Part shown: positions 12,772 to 27,084 of the stretch, piece after piece | Layout of the letters: each line of letters starts with the position of its first letter | Numbering within the stretch: the stretch's first letter is position 1 | NCBI RefSeq assembly: GCF_009914755.1 | Contig: NC_060934.1 | DNA from: the human T2T-CHM13v2.0 reference genome, Homo sapiens | Length of the DNA stretch: 64,000 nt | Direction: 5' to 3' (one strand) | Made by a program: the position numbers and the translations under genes | The notes under the pieces: generated by a model | What the model was told of the DNA's origin: nothing | Databases searched by the model: none | Seen by the model: the letters and a program-made list of their open reading frames with translations, nothing else

Positions 12772-13350
12772 GCCTTTTTAAACAGATGTATTAAGATGTA
12801 ATTCACTTATGTAAAGTATAAAATTTAATAGATTTTAGTATACTCAGAGTTGTATAACAGTCACCATAATCCATTTTAGAAAATTTCCATCATGTCAGAA
12901 AGAAGCCCCATGCTCATTAGCAGTCACTCCTTATTTACTCCTAACCACACTGCCCTAGGCAACAACTGATCTACTTCTGTCTCTATGGATTTACCTATCC
13001 TGGACATTGTATGTAATATATGGTCTTTTAAGTGGCTTTTTTCACTTAGTATAATGTTTCCAAGGATCATCCATGCTGTAGCATTTTTCAGTATATTATG
13101 CTTTATTTAAAAATACAATTCAGTCTTACAGATGTATCTATCACATTTTATTTATATTTTGATCCATTTTTAAGCATTGTGTATTTCCACTTTTTGGCTG
13201 TTATAAATAATGCTATTGTAAGCATTTATGTATACATTTCTGTATGAACATATGTTTTTATTTCTTTTGATTATAGACATAAAAATAAATTGCTGGGTAA
13301 TATGATGTTTAATATTTTGAGGAACTGCCAAACTGATTCCAATGCAGCCA
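12772..13350 (-). mobile_element. L1MB-like 3' end (donor of the duplicated segment)
   Basis: 'cattagcagtcactcc...ccctaggcaacaactgatctacttctgtctctatggatttacctatcctggacatt'. Confidence 0.8.
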
Positions 13351-13409
13351 CATGACTGACCACTGTGGGACATTCCCATCATCTGTGAGACATTTCCATC
13401 ATTTCTGTG

Positions 13410-14140
13410 TGCGTTACACTGGAAGATTCAATTCTGTTAATATATCGATTATTCTCAATTTAGTATATAAGATTAACATAATTATAATATAAGCTTCCAT
13501 CAAGTGTTTTGTGATTTTTAAAAATCTGATTTTAAAATATATAAGAAAAAATAAACTAGTATAGCTTTTTTCTTTTTTCTTTAAAAAAAGAAAAAGTTGG
13601 AGAACTAATACTTCATAATTTTCAGATTTACTGTGAATCCATAGTAATTAAGAAAATGTGATATTGGCAAAAGGATTGCCAATAGATCAATGAAACAGAA
13701 TAGAGAGGCAGGAAATAGACCCAGCCAAATATAGACAAGTATTTTATAACAAAGGTGTAAAGAAAATTCCTTCCTTGGAGGAAGATTTTCTTCTAGACAA
13801 ATGATAATGAATAAATTGTATGTCCATATGCGAAAAAAGGAAAAAGAAAAATCAACCCATACTTCACATCTTATACAAAGTTAACACAAAATAAATCATA
13901 GCTCTAAATTCAATATGTAAAATTATAAAACTTCCGGAAAAAGAAAAAGAAAAATATGTGCAACTTTGTGTTAGCAATGAGGTGTAGATACAACACCAAG
14001 GCTATGAATTTTTAAATAAAAATTTCATAAATCGGAGTTTATTTAAACATGTTTAAGTCTTGCTCTGTGAAAGGCACAGTTTAGGCAATTCAAAGGCAAG
14101 TCACATATTGGAAGAAAATGTTAGCAAATATGTTACAGAA
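13410..14140 (+). mobile_element. Old L1M ORF2 3' fragment
   Basis: 'aatagatcaatgaaacagaatagagaggcaggaaatagaccc' and similar L1 ORF2 text; no open frame. Confidence 0.8.
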
Positions 14141-14149
14141 AAGCATCAT

Positions 14150-16290
14150 TTTTTTAAGAATCAACTTTATGAATGTACAATTGAAATATCATATCCAGCC
14201 AATGTAAATGTAAGATTAAATGATTTTTAATAAATTTCTAGATTTGTGCAACCAGTGCCTCAATCCAGCTTGATAATGTTTTCATAAACCCCCAAATTAC
14301 TCCCAGCCTATTGCACTCGATCCCTACTCCCATTCCCAGTTCCAGGCAACCAGTTATCTACACTGTCTCTATAAACTTGATTCGTGGGGGCATTTTTTAT
14401 TCTTATTTACATAGTATACTTTTATAATATATAGTCGCCTGTATCTGGCTTATTTCACCTAGCATAATGTTTCTGAAGATCATCCATTTTATGGCATGAA
14501 TCTGTAATAATATTTCAATTCTTTGTATTGCTGAATAATATTCCATCCTATGGATATACCACATTGTGTCTATCCATTCACCACTACCACTAACTTTCAC
14601 TATAAAAACTTTGTATGTCTTTTGTTAACTTTATTTCTAGTAATTTATATCTTCTTACACTATTATAAACAAAAGGTTTTTTAAAGATTTTTTTCAGGTT
14701 ATTAGTTGATAATATATAAAAATACAATTGATTTTTCCTGTTCCATAATTAACATCAAAATATAGATCTTATATCCTATGAGCTTGCCAAACTGTTTATT
14801 GACAATAATAATGTTATCTTAGATTTTTTTGGATTTCCTATATAAAAGATTAGGCTATATAAGAATAAAATCACTTTTACTTCTTTTCTAAAATTTGGGT
14901 GCAAATTGTATTTGTTGTTGTTGTTGTTGTTGTTGTTTTCTTGTTGTTTTTGCTTTACTGCTTTTGGTAGACTCTTTGGTGCAATGTTGAATAGAAGGGG
15001 TAAGAGCAGACATCCTTAGCTTGTTCCACATTCAGCCTTTCCCTATTAATTATGGTGCTAGTGGTAGGTTTTTGTGAATTTCCTTTGTCAGCTGAAAGAA
15101 GTTCCCTTTTACTCCTAGTATGTTAAGAATTTGTATGATAAATAGATGTTCTATTTTTGGTAAATGTTTCCTTCTGAATCTATTGAGATTACCATCTGTT
15201 TTTGTCCTTTGTTCTATTAATATGGTGTGCTACATGAATTGATTTGGGGGTGTTAAATCAACCTTACATTTCTAGGATAAATAATACTTGTTTATTTTGT
15301 ACAATCCTTTTTATGTGTCGATGATTCATTTTGCTAATGTTTTGTTAAAGATTTCTGGGCTTATGTTGTTAAGAAGTATTAATCTCTAATTTTTTTATTA
15401 ATGGGTTATTTAACTGCCTTTCTTTTTATCAGTGTGATCATAGAATGAGTAGGGAAATGCTCTCTCCACTTTCTGAAACAGTTTACAAAGCTGATATTAT
15501 TTGTTTCTTAAATATTTGATGGAATTCACAATGAAGTCTTTAGGGTATAAAGTTTCCTCTGCAGGAATATTTTATTCTAAATTTAATGTATTTACTAGTT
15601 ATAAATAAACCCATATTTATTATCGCTTATTTATTTATTTGTTTATTTGTTTTTTTTTTGAGACAGATTCTCTCTGTTGCGCAGGCGGGGGTGCAGTGGT
15701 GCAATCTCTGCTCCCTGCAACCTCCGCCTCCCAGGTTCAAGTGATTCTTGTGCCTCAGCCTCCTAAGTAGCTGGGATTACAGGTGCAAGCCATCACGCCT
15801 GACTAATTTTTGTATTTTTAGTAGGCCAATGGGGTTTCTCCATATTGGCCAGGGTGGTTTGAATTCCTGGCTTCAAGTGATCAGCGCTCCTTGGCCTCCC
15901 AAAATGTTGGGATTATAGGCATGAGCCAACACGCTTGACCTATTATCACTTTTTAAATCAGTTTTGGTAATTGTTTTGTTATTCTAGGCATTCTTCAGTT
16001 TATATAAGTATTATAATATGTAGATATAAATTTATTCTCAATATTACCTTAAAATACTTTTAGTTACTTATAGTCAGGGCGGTGTTCCCTTTTTCGTTCC
16101 TAATTTTGGGAATTTTTGTCTTATTATCTTTGTCAATCTATCTAAACATTTGTCTATATTTTAAATATTTTTAAACAGCTGACTTTCAGTTTCATTTATT
16201 TTTCTATTGTTTTCTGTTGTTATTTCATTAATTTACATCTAATATTTACCACTTTGCTTCTACTTGCTTTAGATTTAGTTTGTTTTCCTT
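14150..16290 (-). mobile_element. Old L1M fragments (3' end 14150-14585; ORF2 14600-16290), containing (TTG)n at 14912-14936
   Basis: ORF 14403..14600 'EWIDTMWYIHRMEYYSAI' is the L1 ORF2 C-terminus; antisense ORF2 text follows. Confidence 0.8.
15629..15940 (-). mobile_element. AluSz-like
   Basis: Full antisense Alu; TSD tattatcgctt / tattatcactt. Confidence 0.94.
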
Positions 16291-18812
16291 TTTTTTTTTT
16301 TAATTATAATTTAAGGTTTGGGATACATGTGAAGAATGTGCAGGTTTGTTACATAGATATACACCTGCCACAGTGGTTTGCTTCACCCATCAACCTGACA
16401 TCTACATTAGATATTTCTCCTAATGCTATCCCTCCCCTAGTCCCACACCCCATGACAGCCCCTGGTATGTGATGTTCCCCTCCCTATGTCCATGTGTTCT
16501 CATTGTTCAACTCCCACTTATGAGTGAGAACATGCAGTGTTTGGTTTTCTGTTCCTGTATTAGTTTTCTGAGAATGATGGCTTCCAGCTTCATCCATGTC
16601 CTTGCAAAGGACATGAACTCATCCCTTTTCATGGCTGCATAGTATTCCGTGGTGTATATGTGTCACATTTTCTTTACCCAGTCTATCACTGATGGGCATT
16701 TGGGTTGGTTCCAAGTCTTTGCTATTGTGAATAGTGCTGCAATAAACATACATGTGCATGTGTCTTTATAGTAGAATGATTTATAACCCTTTGGTTTATA
16801 CCCAGTAATGGGATTGCTGGGTCAAATGGTATTTCTGGTTCCAGATCCTTGAGGAATTGCCATGCTGTCTTCCACAATGGTTGAACTAATTTACACTCCC
16901 ACCAACAGTGTAAAAGCGTTCCTATTACTCCATATCCTCTCCAGCATCTGTTGTTTTCTGATTTTTTAATGATCACCATTCTAACTGGTGTGAGATGGTA
17001 TCTCATTGTGGGTTTGATTTGCATTTCTCTAATGACCAGTGATGATGCACTTTTTTCATATGGTTGTTGGCCACATAAATGTCTTCTTTTGAGAAGGGTT
17101 TATTCATATCCTTTGTCCACTTTTTGACAGGGTTGTTTTTTTCTTGAAAATTTAAGTTCCTTGTAGATTCTGGATATTAGCCCTTTGTCAGGTGAATAGA
17201 TTGCAAAAATTTTCTCCCATTCTGTAGGTTGCTTGTTCACGCTGATGATTGTTTCTTTTGCTGTGCTGAAGCTCTTTAATTAAATTAGATCCCATTTGTC
17301 AATTTTGGCTTCTGTTGCCATTGCTTTTGGTGTTTTAGTCATGAAGTCTTTGCCCATGCCTATGTCCTGAATGGCATTGCCCAGGTTTTTCTTGTAGGGT
17401 TTTTATGGTTTTCAGTCTCACGTTTAAGTCTTTAATTCATCTTGAGTAATTTTTATATAAGGTGTAAGGGAAGGGTTCAGCTTCAGTTTTCTGCATATGG
17501 CTAGCCAGTTTTCCCAACACCATTTATTAAATAGGGAATCCTTTCTCCATTGTTGTTTTTGTCAGGTTTGTCAAAAATCAGATGGCTTTAGGTGTGTAAT
17601 GTTATTTCTGAGGCCTCTGTTTTGTTCCATTGGTCTAGGCATCTGTTTTAGTACCAATGCCATGCTGTTTTGGTTACTGTAGACTTATAGTACAGTTTGA
17701 AGTCAGGTAGTGTGATGCCTCCAGCTTTGTTCTTTTTGCTTAGGATTGTCTTGGCTATACAGGCTCCTTTCTGGTTCCATATGACATTTAAAGTAGTTTT
17801 TTATAATTCTGTGAAAAAGTCAATGGTAGCTTGATGGGGATAGTATTGAATCTATAAATTACTTTGGGCAGTATGGCCATTTTCACGATATTGATTCTTC
17901 CTATCCATGAGCATGGAATGTTTTGCCATTTGTTTGTGTCCTCTTTTATTTCCTTGAGCAATGGTTTGTAGTTCTCCTTGAAGAGTTCCTTCACATCCTT
18001 TGTAATTTATATTCCTAAGTATTTTATTCCCTTTGTAGCAATTGGAGTTTACTCATAATTTGGCTCTCTGATTGTCTATTATTGGTGCATAGGAATGCTA
18101 GTGATTTTTGCACATTGATTTTGTATCCTGAGACTTTGCTGAAGTTGCTTATCAGCTTAAGGAGATTTTCGGCTGAGACGATGGAGTTTTCTAAATATAC
18201 AATCATGTCATCTGCAAACAGAGACAATTAGACTTCCTCTCTTCCTATTTGAATACCCTTTATTTCTTTCTCTTGCCTGATCGCCCTGGCCAGAGCTTGC
18301 AATACTATGTGGAATAGCAGGGGTGAGAGAGGGCATCCTTGTCTTGTGCCAATTTTCAAAGGGAATGCTTCCATCTTATCACCATGCAGTATGATATTGG
18401 CTGTGGGTTTGTCATAAATAGCCCTTATTATTTTGAAATACATTTCATCAATGCCTACTTTATTGAGAGTTTTTAGCATGAAGGGCTGTTGAATTTTATT
18501 GAAGGCCTTTTCTGCATTTATTGAGATAATCATGTGGTTTTTGTCATTGGTTCTATTTATGTGATGGATTACATTTATTGATTTGTGTATGTTGAACCAG
18601 CCTTGCATCCCAGGGATGCAGCCAACTTGATCATGGTGGATAAGCTTTTTGATGTGCTGCTCAATTCGGTTTGCCACTATTTTATTGAAGATTTTCTCAT
18701 CGATTTTCATCAGAGATATTGGCTTGAAATTATCCTTTTTTGTTGTGTCTCTGCCAAGTTTTGGCATCAGGATGATGTTGGCCTCATAAAATGAGTTAGA
18801 GAGGAGTCTCTT
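16289..18812 (-). mobile_element. 5'-truncated LINE-1, L1PA7-like (~2.5 kb)
   Basis: 3'UTR 'cccatcaacc...ctacattag...tttctcctaatgctatccctcccctag'; ORF2 pieces retain high similarity to L1 RT and C-terminal domain. Confidence 0.95.
16722..18767 (-). pseudogene. Disrupted L1 ORF2 reverse transcriptase / C-terminal remnant
   Basis: ORFs 18228..18767 ([32 protein letters not shown]), 18024..18227 (LFADD motif), 17788..17994 and 16722..17024 are separated by stops and frameshifts. Confidence 0.93.
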
Positions 18813-18814
18813 TT

Positions 18815-19370
18815 AGGTAAGTGGCTTGAGATTTTAAAAAAATATATAGGTATTTAGAGTTATATTTTTCCACCAAGCACTGTTTTAACTGCCTCCAGTT
18901 ACTTTTGATGTGGTGTTTTTGTTTACATTTAATTTCAAATATGTTCTAATTCTCCTTTTGATTTTTTTCTTTAACCTATAGTTTATTTAGAAGTATGTCA
19001 CTTGATTTCCAAATATGTGTGGCTTCTAAGATTTCTTTCTATTGCAAATGTCTAGTTTCACTGCTTTCAGAGAACATTTGCATTATTTCAATTTTTAAAA
19101 ATTTATTGAGACTAGTTTTATGACCTAGCATGTATATCTTGGAAAATGTTATATGTGTGCTTGAAAAGAATGTACATGCTGTAGCAATTGGGTAAAGTGT
19201 TCTATAAATGTCAGTTTGACATTTGTAGAACAGATCTACTTAGTAGGTCAAGTTGTTTGATATTGTTTAAGACTTATTTATCTTTGCTAACTTTCTGTCC
19301 AGTTGCTCCAACAATTATTGAAATTAGTGTATTGAAATCCCCAATTACTATTGTTAATTTATCTATTTAA
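18815..19370 (-). mobile_element. Old L1M ORF2 fragment (host continuation)
   Basis: 'atgtgtgcttgaaaagaatgt...gtgttctataaatgtca'. Confidence 0.75.
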
Positions 19371-19885
19371 GCATAGATTTGAACCTATCTAAAATATGTA
19401 ATTTGCTTATTACTTGCTATTAAACTGAATTACTCTAATCTGTTACATTTTTCCAATTTTTATATATGCCTATGAAATGTTATGCCTCTTCTCTTTTATT
19501 TTAAAATAATCACAAACATAATTGTTTAAATAATAGTGGAGGTATAGTACAAAGAGGTTTGATTTCCGTTTTTTTAAAAATGGACCATATTAGAGAACAT
19601 TTCCACCTTGATGGTCCATCATCCCAAAATACTTTTTCATGTTTCTCTTAGTTAGTTCCACAAATAGCCCTTTTTCCTTTTAGTGGGAAATAATATTTAG
19701 AAAACAGTGCTTAGAAAATAGTATTTTTGAGCATATAAACATTCTGCCCACTCTATTCAGGGTCTGATATTTCACATCGGCCTCCCTACAATCAACTTTG
19801 ACTTTGCCTGCTGGGTTAACATACCTTAAAGGACACACTCCTTCTAATGGTTGGCTGGGCTCTTTATACCAAGTTGGCCCTCATG

Positions 19886-20066
19886 TAGGAATATCAGATT
19901 TAAATAAAAGCAACAGAATGTTTAGTAAAATTTCAATTCATGTTAGCTAATTATTTTTATATAAGTTTACCCCAGATATTGCCCAGGACATAATTATACA
20001 AAGATTATCAGAAATGTAAATTGAACTGAGTATTCTGTATTTTATTTGCTAAATCAGGCAGCCCTA
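19886..20066. mobile_element. MER53 (hAT MITE)
   Basis: Palindromic element ending 'tttgctaaatcaggcagcccta'; 8-bp TSD ccctcatg / tcctcatg. Confidence 0.85.
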
Positions 20067-20374
20067 TCCTCATGTGGATGTCCAGCTCACCCACCTTTGC
20101 TTCTTACACACTGCTCTGGCCGCCAAGTTGGCCTCTCCATGTATTGTCAAATTTCATTAGGCAAAAAACAACCATCACTTAGCTCAAATTTTCTAAAATA
20201 AGCTAGAGAACCTAATATAGAAGTGTTCTAAAATTATGCATTAAAAATAGAGCAAAGATTTTGTGAATGTGTGATTTTACAGGTTTTTTTTTTGTACAAG
20301 GAGCTAGTCTCTTCAGATTTCTCATCGCTTTACTTTATAATCTCACCTATGCTCCTGATGCATGGTACTACTCA

Positions 20375-20815
20375 TAAGTGTGCAAGAGTTTCCTTCTCTT
20401 CACAGTCTTGCCAACACTTGTTGCTTGTCTTTTGACAATAGCTGTCCTGATGGGCGTGAGGTAATATGTCACAGTTGTTTTGATTTGCATTTCTGTGGTG
20501 ATACAGAATAAAACAGTAGTTACAAGGAGCAGGGTTAGGGGGAGAGAGATAATGGAAAGATGCTAGGTCCAAGGATACAAAGTAGCAAATACGTCGGATG
20601 AACAAGTCTAAAGATCTAATGTACACCATGAGAACTGTAGTTAATAATAGCGTATTGTATTGAGGGTTTTTGCTAAATGAGTAAATTATAGCTGCTCTTG
20701 CCACTGGGATGAATAAATGGGTAACTATGTGAGATAAGGGGTACGTTAACTTGTTTCACTACGGTAATCATTTTATGATATATATGTGTCTCATACATCA
20801 TGTTGTATACCTTGC
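20375..20815 (+). mobile_element. L1MA/MB 3' end (20502-20815, +) preceded by an inverted L1 piece (20375-20501, -)
   Basis: Antisense 'ttgttttgatttgcatttctgtggtgat' abuts sense 3'UTR 'ggatacaaagtagcaaat...gatctaatgtacaccatg'. Confidence 0.75.
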
Positions 20816-23800
20816 TTATATGTTATATATATATGTTTTAAATATATACACACACATACACTAGGGATATATACATATACCTATCCCTAGTATATAATAT
20901 ATATTGAACAGAGGCATATATATATACACTTACTCACTCAGAAGGGTAACAATAAAATTTAACTCAATAATTTATACACTCCCAATGGCTGAGTGTATGC
21001 TTGTGTGTGTGCACACCCACTGTATGTGTAATTGAATGATGGGTTTGGTAGATATGATTATTTAAATCAATGTTTTACATTTACTGAATTAAGGTAATAT
21101 GTAATTCTTTCTCTAATGACATAGAGTTAGGCCTGTAATGATAAATAAAACATCCACATGGAAACGTAAGTCAGGCACTTATTGAGATGAACTATCCTTT
21201 CTGTAATTTTTCAAACTTTTAGGTAATGTTATACCATGATACCACCAGAAAATGGACAATCACAGATATTTTTAAGTTGTTAATCCATGCTTACACCAAA
21301 GTAAAAAGGAGCCTTTCTTTCATTTGTTCAATGCAGAGATATAGTACCTTTAAAATAATCTACTCACATTTAGCATATTTTTTACATGAAGAAAATAGTG
21401 CTGCATTTGTTGAGTGTTTTGGTTTTCTGTCTGGTAGGTTTAAGCTCTTTCAGACTACTAGAGAAGGACTTTACTTATGGATAACCTAACGGCATATTAG
21501 TTACATCATTTTCCTGAAAAATAGCTTGCTTACTGAACAGGACTCACTTAATACATTTGAATTTATCTATCACATTTGTAACCCTTTGGGACTTATGTCT
21601 TTTGTTATTTTAGTAGTCAGCAATCTGTGAGGACTTCTTACTTTAAAAAACATTTTTCTTCTTTTCAGCTACACTGTAATACCCTTGAGGGCAGATTCAA
21701 AATCTGTCAGTTTTTTATATCCACAAGGCCCAGTAAAGTTAAAGATGTCTGACTTTGTCAATTTCCCTCTCTCAGGGGCAGCTACCGTGTTCCATATTAA
21801 AAAAAATACACATGCATACATAACAAAAGTATACTATGACTGATGCAACTCACAAAAGCTTTACCTCTCTCACTAATTATATGTGTGTCCTCAGATTTTC
21901 TCAGCTTTGTCTCCTGATACGTGCCTGGTTAGCCCACCTCAGCTACTTGTCTGAATGGCACATGTCTGGCACTATTACTCTGATGGAGGTCAATCTTCAG
22001 GGGGGCACGCCCAGTGCCTCCCCTGCTATTACCTTCTTTTGCAAAGTGACATTTGCCCACTAGTTGCCAAGAGGCCAGTTGAGACAACCTGAAAATTGAG
22101 TAAATATTTATATGGCAAATTTTGACTAATGGGAAGTAGGAAACCAGGATCAGACTTACTGACATATAAATTATCTCTCTATTCTTCCACAATGCACCTT
22201 CCAGCTTGTCTTGAAGCCATGGCTACAGCGACAATAAGTCACCTTCTTTTGCTTCTCATTTTTCTCCCTCTCACTGTATATTTTCCTCATTCTTACTGCC
22301 CTGAAAAATTGTTGCACCCAATAAACATTAACACCTGATTTTTTTCTAAAAATCATTTTAAGCTCTATTTCCTAGGAAAGGTAGGCTAGGGTACATTTTA
22401 AAGTAAGTTATAAGGGTTGACGATATTCATATAATTCCAAATCACAACCCTACCTGACATTTGCTTATGCTTTCTTTTTTCTTTGACTATCAGCTCAGGT
22501 TCTCTGCAGACATAAATGATCTACCATTCTAACTAGCTACTTAATTATTAAGGGACATGAATATTTTAATACACTACTTTTTATTTGATATATTCATTCA
22601 AACAAGCAAATAATAATTAACCTATCATTCAAAAATCGTTTTTCCTGGACTGGAGATATAACCTAATTATAAAGAAACAAAGGTTAACTCCTGATTTATC
22701 AAGTGCACATGGATGTGTTATGCATTGTCAATAGAAGACATTGACTCTTGATTCAGAATGCAATAATAGTTACTACAGGGGAGAAAAAAGAAAAGCATTA
22801 TTAATATTTTTTTTTTCTGGCTCCCAGTGAGGCTTGAGAGAGAGTTTGTGTTTTTTGACTATAGATGTTTCACTTCTGCATTTGATATGTGAAATTGGTG
22901 ACATTATTTAAATTTTAGCAGTTAGTCTTTCTTGTCATCTTGGGAGGTAACCTCAGTAAAATAATAAAAAGAGGCAGAATAGCAAACAAAGATTTAGATT
23001 TAATTGTCACTTTAAGACCCTCGGGGCCTTGGACATTGTAAAGGTTTCATCTTATATTTCTCTTCTAAATATATTTTTGCTGGAAAAGATAAAATTATTT
23101 TTACAACTTGGCCTTTAAAAATATTTTGTCAGGTCTTTATAAGCAAAGACATTATTGATAAACAAAGAAAAATATGATGTATTTGTAAATACTGTATTAA
23201 TAATTAATGAAGTTAGATACTATAATTATTGAAACTTAATTAAAGTAATTAATTTTTATTGTTAAGTTCTCTTTTGGTATTCTGAAGTAAACATATATTT
23301 TTAAGTCACTTATTTAGATGAGGCCCTGAAAAGCTTACTGACTTTAGGCAGTGTTTTCATAGTACCAAATGAATATAACATCACAACATCATTGCCTGTT
23401 CTTTATCATTGATGAAAATTACTGAACATAGAGAAAATGTATTTCAATGTTTATATTACAACTTCATCAGTATTTACCCAGCCTTTTTTCTACTTGTATC
23501 TATGTTGATTTGTATAAGGTATGAGAAAGACCTGGTCCATGTCCTCTTGAAGATTAAAATTAATGGAAGGAGCTTAACTCAAAATACTAGCATTAATGTA
23601 AAGTAGCAATATAATGCTATGTACATGGAATAAATTTTTTTAAAGTGTAGAATTTTATTGCCTAATTACTTTCTTGTGAAAGCCATGAATTTTTTTAGTT
23701 AATTCTATATAATACTGATGCATAAGAATAGCAAATAAAACATGCTTTACATTTACTTCCATAGAATATTGTAATTTGCCATATTGTGAGAAGGGCTTCA

Positions 23801-24191
23801 TGAAAATAAGACTGGGTAATAAAGCATAACAATTACAGATGAATCCTAAGACATCTGAAAGTATTAAAGGCTGATACACTTGAAAATCTAACATTATATA
23901 TTGTAAGATTTATGTTTTTCTGATGGAAAATCTTTAAAATTCTTGTAAGCTTTGGAAAAGCAGCTAAATTTAGTGAACTCTCTACTAATTGTTCTCATTT
24001 CATCACTTGGCACTAGACTCTTCCTCATTCAGGCCCTCCAAAGTAGAGTCACGTATGCTGCATATGTTGTGTGGGCACAGCCTGGCTCCACATGCCAAGG
24101 CTGTTCTCGTCATGACTCAGACCCACGCTCAGCAGGCAGGAGTCAAAATATGACCAGCTTCTGGGGAGTGCCTAAAGTAAATGAGATCAAC

Positions 24192-24417
24192 CGAGAGTTT
24201 CTCAGCCTCAGCCTCAGCACCGGTGAGATAGCAGGGTCGGTAATTCTCAGGGAGCACGTGACACTCTTCAGGGTGATGTAGAATGGTTTAGCAAATTTAC
24301 CCCCAGATGCTGTTAGCACCATGCTTTCAATTTATTTACATCAAAAAAAGTCTCCAAATAGTGTCAAATGTTCCTATAGGTGAGGGATAAAATCGTAACT
24401 GGATGAGACCCATTCAG
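24192..24417 (-). mobile_element. MER20 (hAT-Charlie)
   Basis: 'gtttctcagcctcagcac...gtctccaaatagtgtcaaatgttcc' matches the MER20 reverse complement. Confidence 0.75.
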
Positions 24418-24564
24418 TTAGTCCCATGTTGTGGTGGAGGGTTATCTGGCCATCCTGACATTGCAGTTTGTGCTTCTCCTTGATTTCTTATGCTTAGCAT
24501 CTCAGCTGCCCACTGAACCTGGGGTTGCCTAAGAATTCTTTGGCTGTGGTCCAGGAAAAGGATC

Positions 24565-24800
24565 TGTTAGAGCAGTTAAGTCCACGAATTCTGGAATCTG
24601 AGAGATTTCAACTCTAGTTCTGTCAACTCCACTTATAATTTTATGAACTTGGGTAATTTACTTATCTCTCTGGTTTCAAATCCCTCACCCATTAAATGGG
24701 AATAAAGAAGAAAATCTTCCTCATGTGATTATTATGACTAAATGAGATAATACAGATAAAGGGCAGTATCTACACATGGTTTGCACTCAATAAGTATTAC
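24565..24800 (+). mobile_element. MIR SINE
   Basis: Core 'tgaacttgggtaatttacttatctctctggtttc...aaatgggaata'. Confidence 0.75.
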
Positions 24801-25299
24801 CTTGGCTCCCTCTCAGAATCAGAATTATACTTTAAAATTATTATAAATAGTATTTAGGGTAGGTCATATAAAATATTTTTATTGTCCTTCTGGTGTCATG
24901 GTGACTGGATCTTGATCCAAGTATCCCATAGACATTGGCTGGAGTCATTTGCTTGAGTGGAATGATTATCCAGAACTAAGATGCTGTTGATGACACAATA
25001 TTTCAAACATTTTCTGCTGACCTTATTCCTGTTGTTGTAACCTACCCATTTGGATTGGACATCTTCACATAACAAATCCTGCCTGAACCACATTTAAGTT
25101 TGCCAGGTAGATGTGCACACTGTGCCATACATGCAGAGGTGCCCTCGGGGGTAAGACAACACCAACTTCTGTTCTGCATACTGGTTTCCTACTCCTTCCA
25201 ATGGACTTGTCTACATTATTGAGGCCCCAGGATGACTGATGCAAGTGTGAAATTGGTATGTCTGGTTTTGAAATGCAATCCTCAAATCTGTGTGTGTGC

Positions 25300-25792
25300 A
25301 TGTGTTTAATTGTCTCTGACAACTAAAAGTGTCCGGCTAGTACCCTCCTAAAATTCAAAATAATGGTTTAAAATGCATGAAATAATTATATAGATTGGAA
25401 GGAAACCAAACATAAAAGAAAACAAATACATTGAAATATACTTCTTACTATATTTTAAGAAATATAATATGTTAAAATATGTTGCTTTTTTATTAACTAA
25501 TTAATGAGATCTAAGTGTGGACTTAGTTACTACTGTAATTACCTAATGTTATGTCAAGATACTTGCAGCAGCTATGATGTGATTGAGAAATACCTGTAAT
25601 TTTGGCTGGTGAAAATTAACAGATACAGCTAATAGTCATGGTTTGTTGCCAACATTCATATTTGAGGGAAACACTAAATTCACTTCGATGTTAGTGAAAA
25701 AATGCTTTAAAAATATCCAAATTTACTCAGAACTTCAAATTCATTATGAAATATCTCTATGGATCGTTCAAGCCTCAGGGTAACAATTACCT
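25300..25792. mobile_element. Charlie4a-like hAT transposon
   Basis: 'ggtttgttgccaacattcatatttgagggaaacactaaattcacttcgatgttagtgaaaa' matches recalled consensus. Confidence 0.65.
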
Positions 25793-26718
25793 AACTAAAA
25801 TAATATGATATTGTTTCACATAGCACTTAGGTCTCTCTACTTCCACATCACTTGGAAGTAGAAGTATATTCAAACATTTTGGTCCAGCTTATTCAGTCTT
25901 ACCACAGTTTAGATGTACCGTTCATTTTTCCTATTTCAATTCTCCAATAGTTAAATTAAGGTAATGTAAGTCAGGGTGTTCTGCTTAGACTCACTTCTTT
26001 TTATTGTGCTGAACACTGCTTACCAATTGGAACAATTTCCTCCCTCTGTGTAGTGAGTGGACTTTTTCTCTGGTTGATTGATATTTCTATAGACTGACTC
26101 CCTTTGAAGTATTGCCTGCCCTGTAAGCCAGTACTTAAAAGCTGGAAATGAAGTCCAACAGGAGTTATTCCAGTTTGTTTCTAGTAAAACCATACTAACA
26201 GCACACAAGAGAAAACAGAAACAAAGAAAAAGGGAGAAGTGATAGTATGCTGTCTTTTTTTTGTTGATGGGAACAATCATTGTATGTCAGAGGTTTGGCT
26301 CTGAATTCTTAAAACTGTAACACTGAATAGTTTTCCAATTTAGTTTTTAAAGTCCTAATGCTTACCTTTGGAATTATGGTCTTAATCGTTTTCCCTGCAC
26401 TTGGAAGTAAATGAGTCAAGTGGCCAGCAGTCCAAGTTGGAACTTAAAGGACTCAGTCCTTGCTTTGCAGTTAAAAATGGGTGAATTTAGAAAAGTTGCT
26501 TAGTATTCCTAGGCTTCCGATGCTGCATACATAACATGAGGGGTGGCAAGGGATGAGCATTGGATTATTTGATAGCTCTGGGACTCAAGTTGTATTTCTT
26601 GTTTACTCAGCTGTCTACAAAAACAAAAGCAAAACTCAAGGGATTTTGAACAATGAAAATACTGCTAACACTCTAGTTGGCACTCAGAATGTCAGAGACA
26701 CCATAAAGAGAGAGGTCT

Positions 26719-27084
26719 TGTTATGAACCGAGTTTTGTTCCCTGCAAAGTTTATATGTTTAAGTCCTAACTCCCAATGTAATGGCATCTGGAGATGGTCT
26801 TTGGGAGATAATTGGATTAATATGAGGTCATGGGTGTTGGCCTTCATGATGGGAGAAATGCCCTTGTAAGAAGAAACTCTGAAAAGTTTCTCTCTCACTG
26901 CAACCCCCTCTGTCTGCCATGTAAGACACTGTAAAAAGGCTATCTACAAGTCAGGAAGAGACTTCTCCAGAATCCCACCATGCTGGCATCCTGACCCCAG
27001 ACTTTCAGCCTTCAAAACTGTGCATGTTGTGTAAGCCACCCAGTCTACAGTATTTTATCATGGCAACCTGAGCTCATTAATACA
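26719..27084 (+). mobile_element. MLT1A-like MaLR solo LTR
   Basis: TG...CA termini, 'aagccacccagtctacagtatttt...aataca'; perfect 5-bp TSD ggtct. Confidence 0.9.

Noticed and set aside
18024-18767. Reverse transcriptase ORFs as an active or novel RT system
   Set aside because: Ordinary L1 ORF2 remnant: 5'-truncated, with stops and frameshifts.
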